Positions 54,001 through 62,420 are shown, counted from the first letter of the stretch. The stretch is 64,000 bases of DNA from an uncultured Gemmatimonadales bacterium (GCA_963828735.1 CAWHFW010000005.1:992001-1056000), one strand, 5' to 3'. Numbers and translations are program-made. The notes: a model not told the origin generated them from the sequence alone.

Positions 54001-54939
54001 CAGCCCGCCCGAGACGTGCTCCGTGACCAGTCGCACGACGACGCGTTGATAGAGCGCCGAATCCAGCGCCGCGGGAGCCACGGTGGCCTCGGCCGTCAGG
54101 CCCTTCGCCGCGCCCAGCACGTCGAGATCGATCCAGCGCCCGTTCTCCAGCCGCTGCACCCACCAGTGGTCCTGCAGCGCGGCGACGAGGCTGTCCTCCC
54201 CGGCCGCCGGGTCGCCCCGGCGGTCCGATTTCGGGAGCAGCTCGCGCAGTCGAGCGGTCTGCGCGTCGGTGCGGGCGTCGAGCGTATCCAGCATCCGGGT
54301 GGCGCTGTCCAGCCGCGCCTCGATCACCCGCACGAGGCGGACGGAATCCTGGAGATAGGCTTGGGCGGCCAGGCGCAGGTCGGCGTTCCACTCGGGCGTC
54401 GTCCGGGGATTTGGGACCCGCGCCAGGGTGACGCGGGCCCGCCGGAGCGAGGGCAGCAGGGCGCGGGCGCGCGCCGCATCCAGCCGAGCGTGCGCCAGCC
54501 GCACCTCGTGCCCCGCCCGCTCCAGGAGGGCGGCGAGCAGGAGCGCGCGGTCGAGGCTGTTGCCCTGGCGGTCGAGCAGCACGCCGGTGGGCCCGCGCAG
54601 CACCCCGTGATACGGCACCCATGCCGTCCAGGTCCGCACCCAGTCCAGGGAAGCGGCGGGATCCCGACCGAGCAGCTCGGCCAGGTAGGCGGGGTCCCAG
54701 CGATCCCGCGCCGCCGCGCCGTCGCCGTCGGTGATGGCGCTCAGGCTGGCCTCGATGGTCGCCTCGCGCGTCGCGGCGCCAGCCGGAGACGCCCCGGCTG
54801 CCGCGCTCGGGCCCGGGTGCCCGGCGGATACGGCGGCGTCGGTTTTCGCGGCGTGGCGCGCACGCCAGGCGGCGACGCCTCCGGCCCCGCCCAGGAGGAG
54901 CGCCAGCAGGCTGATCCCGAGCAGTCGTCCGCGGCGCAT
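51076..54939 (-). CDS. large secreted/membrane-anchored protein with transglutaminase-like N-terminal domain, Pro-rich repeats and coiled-coil tail
   Basis: GGGAGG RBS; N-terminal TM; YHGVLRGPTGVL..GNSLDRALLL, DHWWVQ..WIDLD. Confidence 0.8.
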   Translation of the reverse strand: MRRGRLLGISLLALLLGGAGGVAAWRARHAAKTDAAVSAGHPGPSAAAGASPAGAATREATIEASLSAITDGDGAAARDRWDPAYLAELLGRDPAASLDWVRTWTAWVPYHGVLRGPTGVLLDRQGNSLDRALLLAALLERAGHEVRLAHARLDAARARALLPSLRRARVTLARVPNPRTTPEWNADLRLAAQAYLQDSVRLVRVIEARLDSATRMLDTLDARTDAQTARLRELLPKSDRRGDPAAGEDSLVAALQDHWWVQRLENGRWIDLDVLGAAKGLTAEATVAPAALDSALYQRVVVRLVTEHVSGGLLRARPLLQREIRPADVTGQPVVLEIMPAGWQPDLIALAADPAAAFRTAALEEREWHVTLAAGGQTAEAEISLDAGAVAANSGNPFGGLGQGIGRAVDDGADELSAAWLEYEIVVPGRPHQVVRRQLFDLVGPAARAAGRPVRLAPDERQRLERSLALTRTTEILPLGSGIAPEYLLHLTAKAALANRNFLRSSGPPPVRTLSEAMDTFATSVVPGPSQLYTLAAVRMSADPDADVFLDRPNVFSRHAFLGLRRGRIVRLEGTDIVANDVAPAPGASDPASVRRRQGVRDTNAEALLYAGQPVVGSVADGFARAARWHAITSADDPLLKGLSADIRQRMVDDLAAGYVLVAPASLTGATPAELAGWWRTDPRTGQTLGVSGTGWGQTLAERAFKYTVLLGSAVVEAWMFEFLWCGRAIEGGSGGQVASAKSPLDWLVTPAWADEPEKTKSACVWEAWRSALLAGMFYKASVVWGILAKQIKLWRMLRALPPPEPVIPSGSSGGGGSPGGAPGGAPAPKAPPECPPGGGAPGGAAGEGPPAAQPGAGEEPGIDPLGRTQAAENGEAPADPLGKTQAAENGEAPADPLGRTQPAENPGERPADPLAPNKSSEPAPPSERVPFDEAWGDLAPAAPGTYAKQSEGWAGRAPDAERFLGEEEAAARAAAQKAEEAKKEIAAAEANPPGETDWDARQRLLDAKMDITMAERARQAVARAEAALARIRALVEQYRRLEALNAELIQARTEVREASERFEELVRSGKADFQGRDYARWKALYNQYQQALKEYAAAVRELGKVAPRPPSPGQSGGGTLPMPERPVPPGGGGGSPQCSGASPPPGSPPPGSPPPLTPSQASPPPGSPPPSPALDAQRQVAEAERALEAARVERDALMKEMDAATNKMLEDEAAAVKRGEGVPPQTSEFAALLRRKIDAIKRVWQLEEQFSLARFQAQQLEQASAGAGGPPPEIPSIVGIGAMSAP
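52195..52352 (-). repeat. intragenic ~48-bp tandem repeat (about 3 copies)
   Basis: DPLG[RK]TQAAENGEAPA repeated. Confidence 0.85.
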
Positions 54940-55740
54940 GGTCCTCCCTTCACAGGGCGTTGGATGCCAAAAACGGCGTGGATCTGGAGCGGCTCTCAGG
55001 AACGCCCGGGAAGCGGGGAAACTCCCTCGGATTCAAGGGGGCGGTTCGCGCTCGGCCTCAGGCATCTCGAGGTGGGCTTCGGTGCCGCAGGGCCGGAATC
55101 GCATGCCGACAATGGCCCAGTTCAGAAAACGTCGGCCGCCCCCTCGGAGCTAGCGGGACTCCGGGGAAGGCGCGGCGCCGTGCGGAACGCCGAAGCAGGG
55201 AAGTGCGCGGTCCCTGGTCCCCGTGGTTGTCCCCCAACAGGAACCATGAGGTTTCTTCGCTCGGGGTTGATACTGCAGGCGGGGACACCCTACTCAATAT
55301 CCGTCACATCCGTCACACGTACCTGTTTGCGGTAGTTAGGGAATGTCTTGGCGCGTGACGGTTCGTGTGACGGCTCGGTTTTGGAACCCCAGGTGTGCCC
55401 GAATGGGAACTTGCAGCAAAGGACGCATTCGCCAGGTTGAACGCTGGGGAACAAGGCCTCCCGAACAAAGTGGTGGACCGCATATTTGGGGTCAGAGCGC
55501 CGGAAGGATCGCTTCTCAAGGTCATGGGTGCGTGGATCGCGCCCGACGGGTCAGTTCATACGGTGCCCTCAAGGCTTCGGCGAGGCAACGACATCAAAAA
55601 CTTTGGCATTTCGTAGCACGCGGTGACGTGCTCAGACCTCGTAGCGATCCAGATCACAGCGTGTCCTCCGCCGTCCCTCTAGCATCCTATACACAGTCCC
55701 GAACTGCTGGGTCCGGCCGTGCAATCAAGCAGGAGGGCTT

Positions 55741-55896
55741 ATGACGCGAGCCAAGAAGTCGTTTCACCTCGAGCTGACCAAGGAGCAACAGGCGCTTATC
55801 CTGCAGAAGACCGGGATGGAAGCCAAGGAGTTGGAGTTGACGGATGCTGAGTTGAGAGTCCAGACGGAGCCTAAGCCGGTAGGCAATCAGCGTTGA
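55741..55896 (+). CDS. 51-aa small protein copy 1 (not in ORF track)
   Basis: AGGAGG RBS; MTRAKKSFHLELTKEQQALILQKTGMEAKELELTDAELRVQTEPKPVGNQR; mostly synonymous differences from copy 2. Confidence 0.75.
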   Translation: MTRAKKSFHLELTKEQQALILQKTGMEAKELELTDAELRVQTEPKPVGNQR

Positions 55897-56165
55897 GAGC
55901 CCGGACCCTTCCGTCGCTCAAGGGGAGGGTTCTCCGCTTGGCGGGGTTGGGATTGAGCTAGTCTCTGCGGCTGGCCAGCTTTCCTCAACCGTCCACCCCA
56001 CCTCGGCCGGTGGGCAGCGGAAGGTGCGAATGTCGAGGACCGGCACCGGGCCGCGTACACCGAGATGGACGGCCGGCGAGACCTCTTTCATCGTCCATGA
56101 ATCGAGGTACATAGAACCAGTGCTACGCTAGCGCACCAACCGTGGTTCTGACGGGCCAACCTGTC

Positions 56166-56194
56166 TTGACGCCTGACGTACCGATCCCTACCGT
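56166..56194 (+). promoter_or_regulatory. sigma70-type promoter
   Basis: TTGACG-17-TACCGT. Confidence 0.6.
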
Positions 56195-56198
56195 AGCA

Positions 56199-56336
56199 CC
56201 ACACCTCGACAAGGCACACCCGGCCAAAGCCGGGGCCGGAAAGCCACGGGTCCTCGCCTCCTCCGCGACGACAGGGGATCAGCCAGACTGACACTGCGCA
56301 GGTCCCACGACGGCCGGCTGGCGTTTACAGGTGTGG
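56199..56336 (+). promoter_or_regulatory. c-di-GMP-I (GEMM)-like riboswitch copy 1, degenerate
   Basis: AAGGCACACCCGGC-CAAA-GCCGGGGCCGGAAAGCCACGGGTCC; ccacacct/aggtgtgg outer stem. Confidence 0.6.
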
Positions 56337-56374
56337 ATACCTGCGCGCTAATCCCCGAAGTGGAGAACCTGACC

Positions 56375-56912
56375 ATGCGATCCCTGAGACTGACCGGAGT
56401 GGCCATGCTGGCGGCCGCGTTTCTGACCGGGTGCGACGCCGACTCGAGCCCCACCGCTCAAACGACCCCCGGCCTCACGGCGGACGTGACCGATCACAAC
56501 GTGGCGGACCACTTCAAGACCGTGGACCACCGTGACGTTCTCGGATGGAGTGAACCCGTGTAACGGCGAGCAAATCACCTTTACGGGAACCGCCGAAAGT
56601 CAGCTGACCGTTATTGGTTCTCGGGAGATGCTGGATGCGGGGAGCTTCCTGCACAGGGAGTACCAGCAGCACGTTCAGGCCACCGGCACCGGGTCGGAAA
56701 CCGGAGCCACCTACACAATCAATGACATCTTCCATGAGAGCTTCGATACGCCGAACGGTTCGCACGGCGCCCTCGGGGACCACGCGACGACGCACGTCAC
56801 CAGCGACCTGCCTGGCCTCAGCTTCATAGCCCACTTCGTTTTCCACCTTGTGGTCCCGTCGGGCAAGGACTTCAAGGTGACCACGGACCTGGACTGGGTG
56901 AAGTGCGGCTAA
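56375..56912 (+). CDS. hypothetical lipoprotein, frameshift near 56530
   Basis: LTGC lipobox; C-terminal part NPCNGEQITFTG...VFHLVV...VKCG similar to 33695 gene. Confidence 0.7.
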
Positions 56913-57078
56913 GGCCCTGCGGCAACGATTGCCATTCCATCGGCGTTCACATGCTGTTTCCGGCGCGTTCATATGACTCGACTTTCGCCACCGCGTTCGT
57001 GAATCGAGGTACGAGGTACATGGAACCAGTGCTGTGTACGCTAGCGCACCAACCTTCGCTGTAACGGGCCAATCTGTC

Positions 57079-57107
57079 TTGACGGCTCGCGTACCACTCC
57101 ATATCGT
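57079..57107 (+). promoter_or_regulatory. sigma70-type promoter
   Basis: TTGACG-17-TATCGT. Confidence 0.65.
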
Positions 57108-57111
57108 AGCG

Positions 57112-57235
57112 CCACACCTCGACAAAGGCACACCCGGCGAAAGCCGGGGCCGCAACGCCACGGGTCCTCGCCTCCTCCGCGACGCCTCCTCCCGACGCCA
57201 CGCAGGACCCACGATCGCCGAGCTGCCGAAGGGTT
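57112..57235 (+). promoter_or_regulatory. c-di-GMP-I (GEMM)-like riboswitch copy 2
   Basis: AAAGGCACACCCGGC-GAAA-GCCGGGGCCGCAACGCCACGGGTCC...ACGATCGCCGAGCTGCCGAAGG. Confidence 0.8.
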
Positions 57236-57278
57236 TAGTGTCCGAACCGTTGGACGACTATCCACCCGGAGCCAGCCT

Positions 57279-57908
57279 ATGCGATCACTTCACGGCGCTG
57301 CACCCATCATTGCGGTCGTCCTGGTCCTTTCGTGCACCGAACGGACTGCTCCATCTGATGCTGCAGCACCTGCTGCACCAGTTGCGTTCGACTTCCTCAA
57401 CGGCCCTGACTCACCAGGGAACTCTGGCATCTTCAGATTTCAAGGCGCGATTCTCGAAATAACGTTCGACTTCAACGCGGGACTCATCAGCGTCCACGGG
57501 CTTACCAACTCGATTGCCGATCTGTGCAATGACCTGGGCGAATTTGATCTCATGGACATTCAGTTAAAGCCGCATTCCAGGGATGAGGTAAACAGTTTGA
57601 TCGTTGACCGCGAATCACCGGTGCAGATCCTGGCCTTCCCGCCCGAGGGGCTTGGGGAGGACTTTTGCTCAGACTTCAGCGGTGCTCCGGTTCTCTACAG
57701 TGGCACGGTCGCCTTTCGTGAAACCGATAACAACGAAACTCCCACAGGTACTGAAGGAGGTCGTGCGAACTCTTTCGGATGGAGGGCGCAAGGAGTGCTT
57801 GACGATCTTGTAAACGGTGGGCAGGTCCACTACAACGAGGAGGTCCGGCTTATTATCAGCCCACGCGATGAGTTCAAAGAGGCGGTGTCGAAGATAACGA
57901 TACACTAG
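57279..57908 (+). CDS. hypothetical lipoprotein
   Basis: GGAG RBS; VLSC lipobox; resembles 59700 gene. Confidence 0.8.
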   Translation: MRSLHGAAPIIAVVLVLSCTERTAPSDAAAPAAPVAFDFLNGPDSPGNSGIFRFQGAILEITFDFNAGLISVHGLTNSIADLCNDLGEFDLMDIQLKPHSRDEVNSLIVDRESPVQILAFPPEGLGEDFCSDFSGAPVLYSGTVAFRETDNNETPTGTEGGRANSFGWRAQGVLDDLVNGGQVHYNEEVRLIISPRDEFKEAVSKITIH

Positions 57909-57940
57909 CAGGTTTCGCTGCGTCATCGGTTCCTCGAGGG

Positions 57941-58211
57941 TCAGGCTGCTAGGCCGCGGCGCCGAAAGACGGGCTGGACAGGGTTAGAGGGCCAGATGGC
58001 TCGCAGGACGGGCTCGCCGTGGAGCTTGACCGCGAGCGCCAGCGCGCAGACACAGTCATCATGCATTCCGGCCGGGGCCGCGTACCGAACCCCGGCCGCT
58101 GTGTACTCGTACTGGAACGCCTCGAGCTCGTGAACCATCGGACCATCGGGGCATCGGACCATCGGGGCAGGTGATGTCCCGACGGTGGATGGCACCAGCC
58201 AGCCCCTCCAC
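57941..58211 (-). pseudogene. phage terminase large subunit C-terminal remnant
   Basis: EGLAGAIHRRDITCPDGPM / VHELEAFQYEYTAAGVRYAAPAGMHDDCVCALALA; frame broken by a 16-bp tandem duplication at 58136-58167. Confidence 0.7.
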
Positions 58212-58249
58212 CTCATCGGCGCGCGGAAAAGCAATCGGGCCAATTTGGC

Positions 58250-58278
58250 TTGACCGCTCGCGTACCAGCCTGTACCGT
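58250..58278 (+). promoter_or_regulatory. sigma70-type promoter
   Basis: TTGACC-17-TACCGT. Confidence 0.6.
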
Positions 58279-58282
58279 AGCA

Positions 58283-58407
58283 CCACACCTCGACAAAGGC
58301 ACACCCGGTGAAAGCCGGGGTCGCAACGCCACGGGTCTTCACCTCCTCCGCGACGCCGGGCTCAAGGACGCCACGAAGGACCCTAAGACCGCCGGGCCGC
58401 TAAGAGG
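58283..58407 (+). promoter_or_regulatory. c-di-GMP-I (GEMM)-like riboswitch copy 3
   Basis: AAAGGCACACCCGGT-GAAA-GCCGGGGTCGCAACGCCACGGGTCT...AAGACCGCCGGGCCGC. Confidence 0.75.
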
Positions 58408-58434
58408 CCGCTCCCCTCACTCCGTGGAGGCTAT

Positions 58435-58875
58435 ATGTGGCGCGCTGTTCTTCTCTGTGCCTTGGGGTTGCTTGCTGCAGCCCCGGCTTACTCCCAGACC
58501 CCAAACGCAAACGAGCAAGCGGTGCTTAAGGCCTATCGCGCTCTCGACACGGCACAGTTCAAGAAGGACCGACCCACCATGGAGCGGTTGATGGCCGACG
58601 ACTATTCGTACACCCACTCCAATGGCACGGTGAACGACAGGGCCGCGGACATCAAGGAGACGATGTCCGACGACATCAAGTGGACCGGCACAAAGAGTGA
58701 TGATCTAAAAGTGCGGATGTATGGCGACGTCGCCGTAGTCACCGGGCAGTTGACGTTGACGGGTTCGGCTAAGAACTACGTCCCCGGGCCGCGCCGGTTT
58801 ACTGAGATCTGGGTTAAACGCGACGGGCATTGGCAGAATATCGGGGGCCAAACGACGCTTGTACCATCGAAATAG
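58435..58875 (+). CDS. NTF2-like (DUF4440) secreted protein
   Basis: Signal peptide; LMADDYSYTHSNG, VRMYGDVAVVTG, FTEIWVKRDGHWQ. Confidence 0.88.
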   Translation: MWRAVLLCALGLLAAAPAYSQTPNANEQAVLKAYRALDTAQFKKDRPTMERLMADDYSYTHSNGTVNDRAADIKETMSDDIKWTGTKSDDLKVRMYGDVAVVTGQLTLTGSAKNYVPGPRRFTEIWVKRDGHWQNIGGQTTLVPSK

Positions 58876-59077
58876 GAGAAATCACCTTCGCCTCGACACA
58901 GCTCAAGAAAGGCACACCGGTCCCTGGTGCCTGTCCCAATGGCGCTGCGCCGCCTGTCTACCCCTCTGCGCTCGTGGACGAGTGGACGGCGCGCGAACGG
59001 GATGGAACTGATGCACTCATACACGAGCGTCTGATCGAACTGCTGGGGCTCGGCCGTGCAATTAGGCAGGAGGGCTT

Positions 59078-59233
59078 ATGACCCGAGCTAAGAAGTCGTT
59101 TCACCTCGAGCTGACCAAGGAGCAACAGGCGCTTGTCCTGGAGAAAACAGGGATGGAAGCCAAAGAGTTGGAGCTGACGGATGCTGCCTTGAGAGTCCAG
59201 ACGGAGCCTAAGCCGGTAGGGAATCAGCGTTGA
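59078..59233 (+). CDS. 51-aa small protein copy 2
   Basis: AGGAGG RBS; MTRAKKSFHLELTKEQQALVLEKTGMEAKELELTDAALRVQTEPKPVGNQR. Confidence 0.75.
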   Translation: MTRAKKSFHLELTKEQQALVLEKTGMEAKELELTDAALRVQTEPKPVGNQR

Positions 59234-59503
59234 GAGCCCGAACCCTTCCCTCGCTCAAGGGGAGGGTTCTCCGCTTGGCGGGGTTGGGATTGAGCTAGTC
59301 TCTGCGGCTGGCGAGCTTTCCTCAACGTCCACCCCGCCTCGCCCGGTGGGCGGCGGAAGGTGCGAATGTCGAGGACCGGCACCAGGCCGCGTACACCGAG
59401 ATGGACGGCCGGCGAGACCTCTTTCGTCCGTGAATCGAGCCGTGCCCGACCGGTTCTGCGTACGCTAGCGCACCAAGCTTGGTTCTGAACGGGCCAATCT
59501 GTC

Positions 59504-59532
59504 TTGACGTCTGGTGTACTGATCCCTAGCGT
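59504..59532 (+). promoter_or_regulatory. sigma70-type promoter
   Basis: TTGACG-17-TAGCGT. Confidence 0.6.
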
Positions 59533-59536
59533 AGCA

Positions 59537-59670
59537 CCACACCTCGACAAAGGCACACCCGGCCAGAGCCGGGGCCGCAAAGCCACGGGTCCTCGCTGCC
59601 CTCCGCGACGCCGCACGGTATCCCGGCCTGACGCCACGAAGGACCCCACGACCGCCGAGCTGCCGAAGGG
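59537..59670 (+). promoter_or_regulatory. c-di-GMP-I (GEMM)-like riboswitch copy 4
   Basis: AAAGGCACACCCGGC-CAGA-GCCGGGGCCGCAAAGCCACGGGTCC...ACGACCGCCGAGCTGCCGAAGG. Confidence 0.75.
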
Positions 59671-59699
59671 AAGGCTGACTACTCCCACCGGAGGCTTCC

Positions 59700-60326
59700 A
59701 TGCGTCATTCCCTTCTGCTCCCCACAGCGGTGCTGGCTGGCGCTCTCGGGATCGGCTGCAGCGACCAGTCCGGCGTCACCAATCCCGATCCCGGCGGCAT
59801 GAGCTCCTATGACGGCACTCTATCTAATGCGACTGAGATCCAACGATTCGAAGACTTCTTGATAATTTCCCAGGCCCAAGCTGACCCGCCTCTCGTGGCC
59901 CTCGTCGGCGTGGGTCTTGAGGAGTTCCCCGATTTCTGCGCTGGGGCTGCGCCCCAAGAGCTGTCCGACTGGCTCGTTATCACCCACCCGACCCGAGAGG
60001 GGGTATCCAGGCACTACCTCATCAAAGACAAAGAGCTAAGCGCGCTCGTCTGGCAGGTAGATGTTGGGACCGGGGCCGATATCTGCCAGTTAGAGCCCCT
60101 CGCGGTCGGCACGGTCAACGTCACGCTCAACGACAACGAGGGTGACTTCTTCGAGACCGCTCCGGGCGCGAACGCCTTTTTCTACCAGTTCGTGGGCAAG
60201 GTGATTGACCAAGAGACCGGGCAAGAGTACCACCTCCAGGGGCGGTTTCAGATCCTCGTCTCACCCGATGGCACGTTCAAGTTCCTTCCGGTGCCCTTCC
60301 TCAGCCTGAGACCGATCGGCGGCTGA
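59700..60326 (+). CDS. hypothetical lipoprotein
   Basis: GGAGG RBS; GIGC lipobox. Confidence 0.8.
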   Translation: MRHSLLLPTAVLAGALGIGCSDQSGVTNPDPGGMSSYDGTLSNATEIQRFEDFLIISQAQADPPLVALVGVGLEEFPDFCAGAAPQELSDWLVITHPTREGVSRHYLIKDKELSALVWQVDVGTGADICQLEPLAVGTVNVTLNDNEGDFFETAPGANAFFYQFVGKVIDQETGQEYHLQGRFQILVSPDGTFKFLPVPFLSLRPIGG

Positions 60327-60345
60327 GGTCAGTTAGCGTCGTACA

Positions 60346-60374
60346 AGGCGGGGGTGGCGCTCCCACCCTCGCCT
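60346..60374 (+). terminator. GC-rich hairpin after lipoprotein gene
   Basis: aggcgggggtgg...ccaccctcgcct. Confidence 0.45.
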
Positions 60375-60617
60375 GGCACTGCTCGATTGCTCCCGGCATC
60401 AGCCTAAACTCGATAGCGCTCCAAGCGATGGCCGTCGAGTCACGCGGCTGCGGCGCCCGGGGCACCTCGGGAAGGTTTGAAACGGGGACCTACACCCAGA
60501 TGGAGGGACGCAGAGACCTGTTCCACCGAACCCTAGCTAGGTACGACCGTCCCTCTGTCGCACCCGCGCTCGGACAGTAGATTCAGTTGTCCCCTCACTC
60601 AAAAAGAGCGTAGCCCG

Positions 60618-61124
60618 ATGGCTGGCCCGTCCCTGCCGTCTCGTCCGCTGGTCGTCGTGGTCGACGACACGCTGCCGGTGCGCCTGCTGGTCTCCCGCGC
60701 TCTTTCTGAGGCAGGGTTCGACGTGCTCAGCGCGCCTGATGGCGCGGCTGCCGCCACGCTCATCCTCGGTCTCAAGTCGCCGCCCGACTTGGTCATCACC
60801 GATATGCGGATGCCGGCCATGGATGGTGAAGAGCTCGGACGCTGGGTCGGGCTGCGCTATCGGCAGGTGCCGCTGATTTTCATCTCCGGCTTCATGCCCG
60901 GGGACACCGGGGAGCTGCCGGGCACCTTTCTTTCCAAGCCCTTCGGGTCACACACGCGGACAAAACCCCCTCACAGGCGAGCCGGTCGGAGAGTCCTGCG
61001 AGGCGTCAGTAGCTGGCTTGGGAGCCGGCGGCGCGGAGGAGGCGAGGATCCGTCGCTTTGCGAAACTTTCCCTCGCACGAAGCGTCATAGTACGCCGTAC
61101 TGCGCCGGGAAAACGTCGGGTTGA
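60618..61124 (+). pseudogene. single-domain response regulator, last helix replaced after KPF (~60945)
   Basis: VVVVDD, LVITDMRMPAMDG, FISG, FLSKPF then unrelated sequence. Confidence 0.7.
60975..61072 (-). repeat. partial inverted copy of riboswitch leader
   Basis: Reverse complement: cgcaaagcgacggatcctcgcctcctccgcg...gacgcctcgcaggac. Confidence 0.6.
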
Positions 61125-61383
61125 TGTTGCCACCCATGTTGCCCAGGAGGTACGCTTACAGGCGTCGCGATCTCCTGAGGCGTAGTATCCCGGCGAACAG
61201 TAGGGCCGCAGCGGCGACGAAGGATAGTGGCTGGCGCGGATCGCTCAGGAGTGCGCCGGCAAGGAACGCGAGAGCTGCAATCACCAGCAGAAAGCCTGCC
61301 TTCCGATTCCGGTCCATACCTCCACCGTACATGTCCGGCCCCGCGATGGGAAGCGCCTGAGACCCACGAGCGCCCGAACTGCG

Positions 61384-61647
61384 CTAGTGCAGCTCGGCCA
61401 ATGCGGACTGGATACGCGTCTCGACTGCTGCCCACGTCGGCCGATCCTTGAGCATTGCGTCCAGGGCGATGCCGTCCAGGGACACCACGGCCGACCGCTC
61501 GCCAATGAACACCCGTACGCCGACCGGGCGCGGCGAATCGTGCTCCCCCGTCACCTGCGTCCGGACCGCCTCGTTCCCCGCGATCGCCGTGGCAGCGCTG
61601 AGCGCCATCCCGCGCACGACGTTGACTGCCTCACAAGGGTCTACCAT
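61384..61647 (-). CDS. hypothetical protein
   Basis: GGGAGG upstream; 87-aa ORF. Confidence 0.45.
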   Translation of the reverse strand: MVDPCEAVNVVRGMALSAATAIAGNEAVRTQVTGEHDSPRPVGVRVFIGERSAVVSLDGIALDAMLKDRPTWAAVETRIQSALAELH

Positions 61648-61791
61648 GACAGCCTCCCGCTCAATGCTCCTGAATTGCCCGGGCGGTGCCCAGCCCGCTT
61701 GGGCCGAAACGCTGGCCCACCCGCCAACATACGCGCCGGGACCGTACCCGGTCAGTCCAAACGTGATGCTCAGCTCATGCAGGCGATCGGT

Positions 61792-62175
61792 CTAGGATGG
61801 GAGAGCCACCACCGCCGCGACAAGGGCCTCCGGGGTGAAGGGCTTCGGGAGGACCGGTCCTCGGTATTCGCCCAGTTGAAAGCCCTGGCCCGTCGTGAGC
61901 AGGATCGGCACGGTGGGCCACCGCTTGGCCATGATCCGCGCCAGTTCGTCGCCCCTCAGGTGCGGCATCACCACGTCGCTGACCACCGCCCGCACCGCGT
62001 TCGCTCCCAGGCGATCCAGCAGACTCACCGCCTTCTCGCCGTCCGGCGCCTCCAACGCAGGAAGACCCGCATCCCTCAGGATGCGGGCCGTCATCCGGCA
62101 CACCGCCGGTTCGTCATCGACCACCAGCACAGCCCGCTCATCGAGCGGTCGGGCAGCGGCAATCATCGGTCGCAC
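61792..62175 (-). CDS. single-domain response regulator (CheY-like)
   Basis: VLVVDDE, VVSDVVMP, LTTG, LPKPF. Confidence 0.85.
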   Translation of the reverse strand: MRPMIAAARPLDERAVLVVDDEPAVCRMTARILRDAGLPALEAPDGEKAVSLLDRLGANAVRAVVSDVVMPHLRGDELARIMAKRWPTVPILLTTGQGFQLGEYRGPVLPKPFTPEALVAAVVALPS

Positions 62176-62285
62176 CTGGAGGGGGCTTGTGCCCCAATCT
62201 TACCGCCCGTTTGCCCTACCCGCTAGACGCCGATCCGACGACGGTGATGTGGCTTCGCATTTGGTGCAGGAATCTTCCCCCCGTC

Positions 62286-62320
62286 GCCGCGCTGCTGTTG
62301 TCTCGTCAGTACGCCAGTGT
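62286..62320. repeat. 35-bp exact direct repeat (other copy 63963-63997)
   Basis: gccgcgctgctgttgtctcgtcagtacgccagtgt. Confidence 0.9.
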
Positions 62321-62420
62321 CCCATCTAAGGTGAACTCACCCTGGCCAGCACCCGTAATCGGGTAGGCTCGATGATCGGCCGGCGGGCCCTCTCCTCGTC
62401 AATCGGTGGGACGAGAGCCG

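Larger units (their letters stand above)
55700..56270 (+). repeat. ~570-bp direct repeat copy 1 (small ORF, promoter, riboswitch)
   Basis: Aligns with 59036-59611. Confidence 0.95.
59036..59611 (+). repeat. ~570-bp direct repeat copy 2
   Basis: Aligns with 55700-56270. Confidence 0.95.

Noticed and set aside
58889..58925. cctcgacac...aaaggcacacc as another riboswitch
   Set aside because: Only a short match; no P2 hairpin or P3.
56199..59670. Recurrent leader as a CRISPR array
   Set aside because: Units are over 100 nt, separated by whole genes, and no cas genes are visible; a riboswitch fits better.
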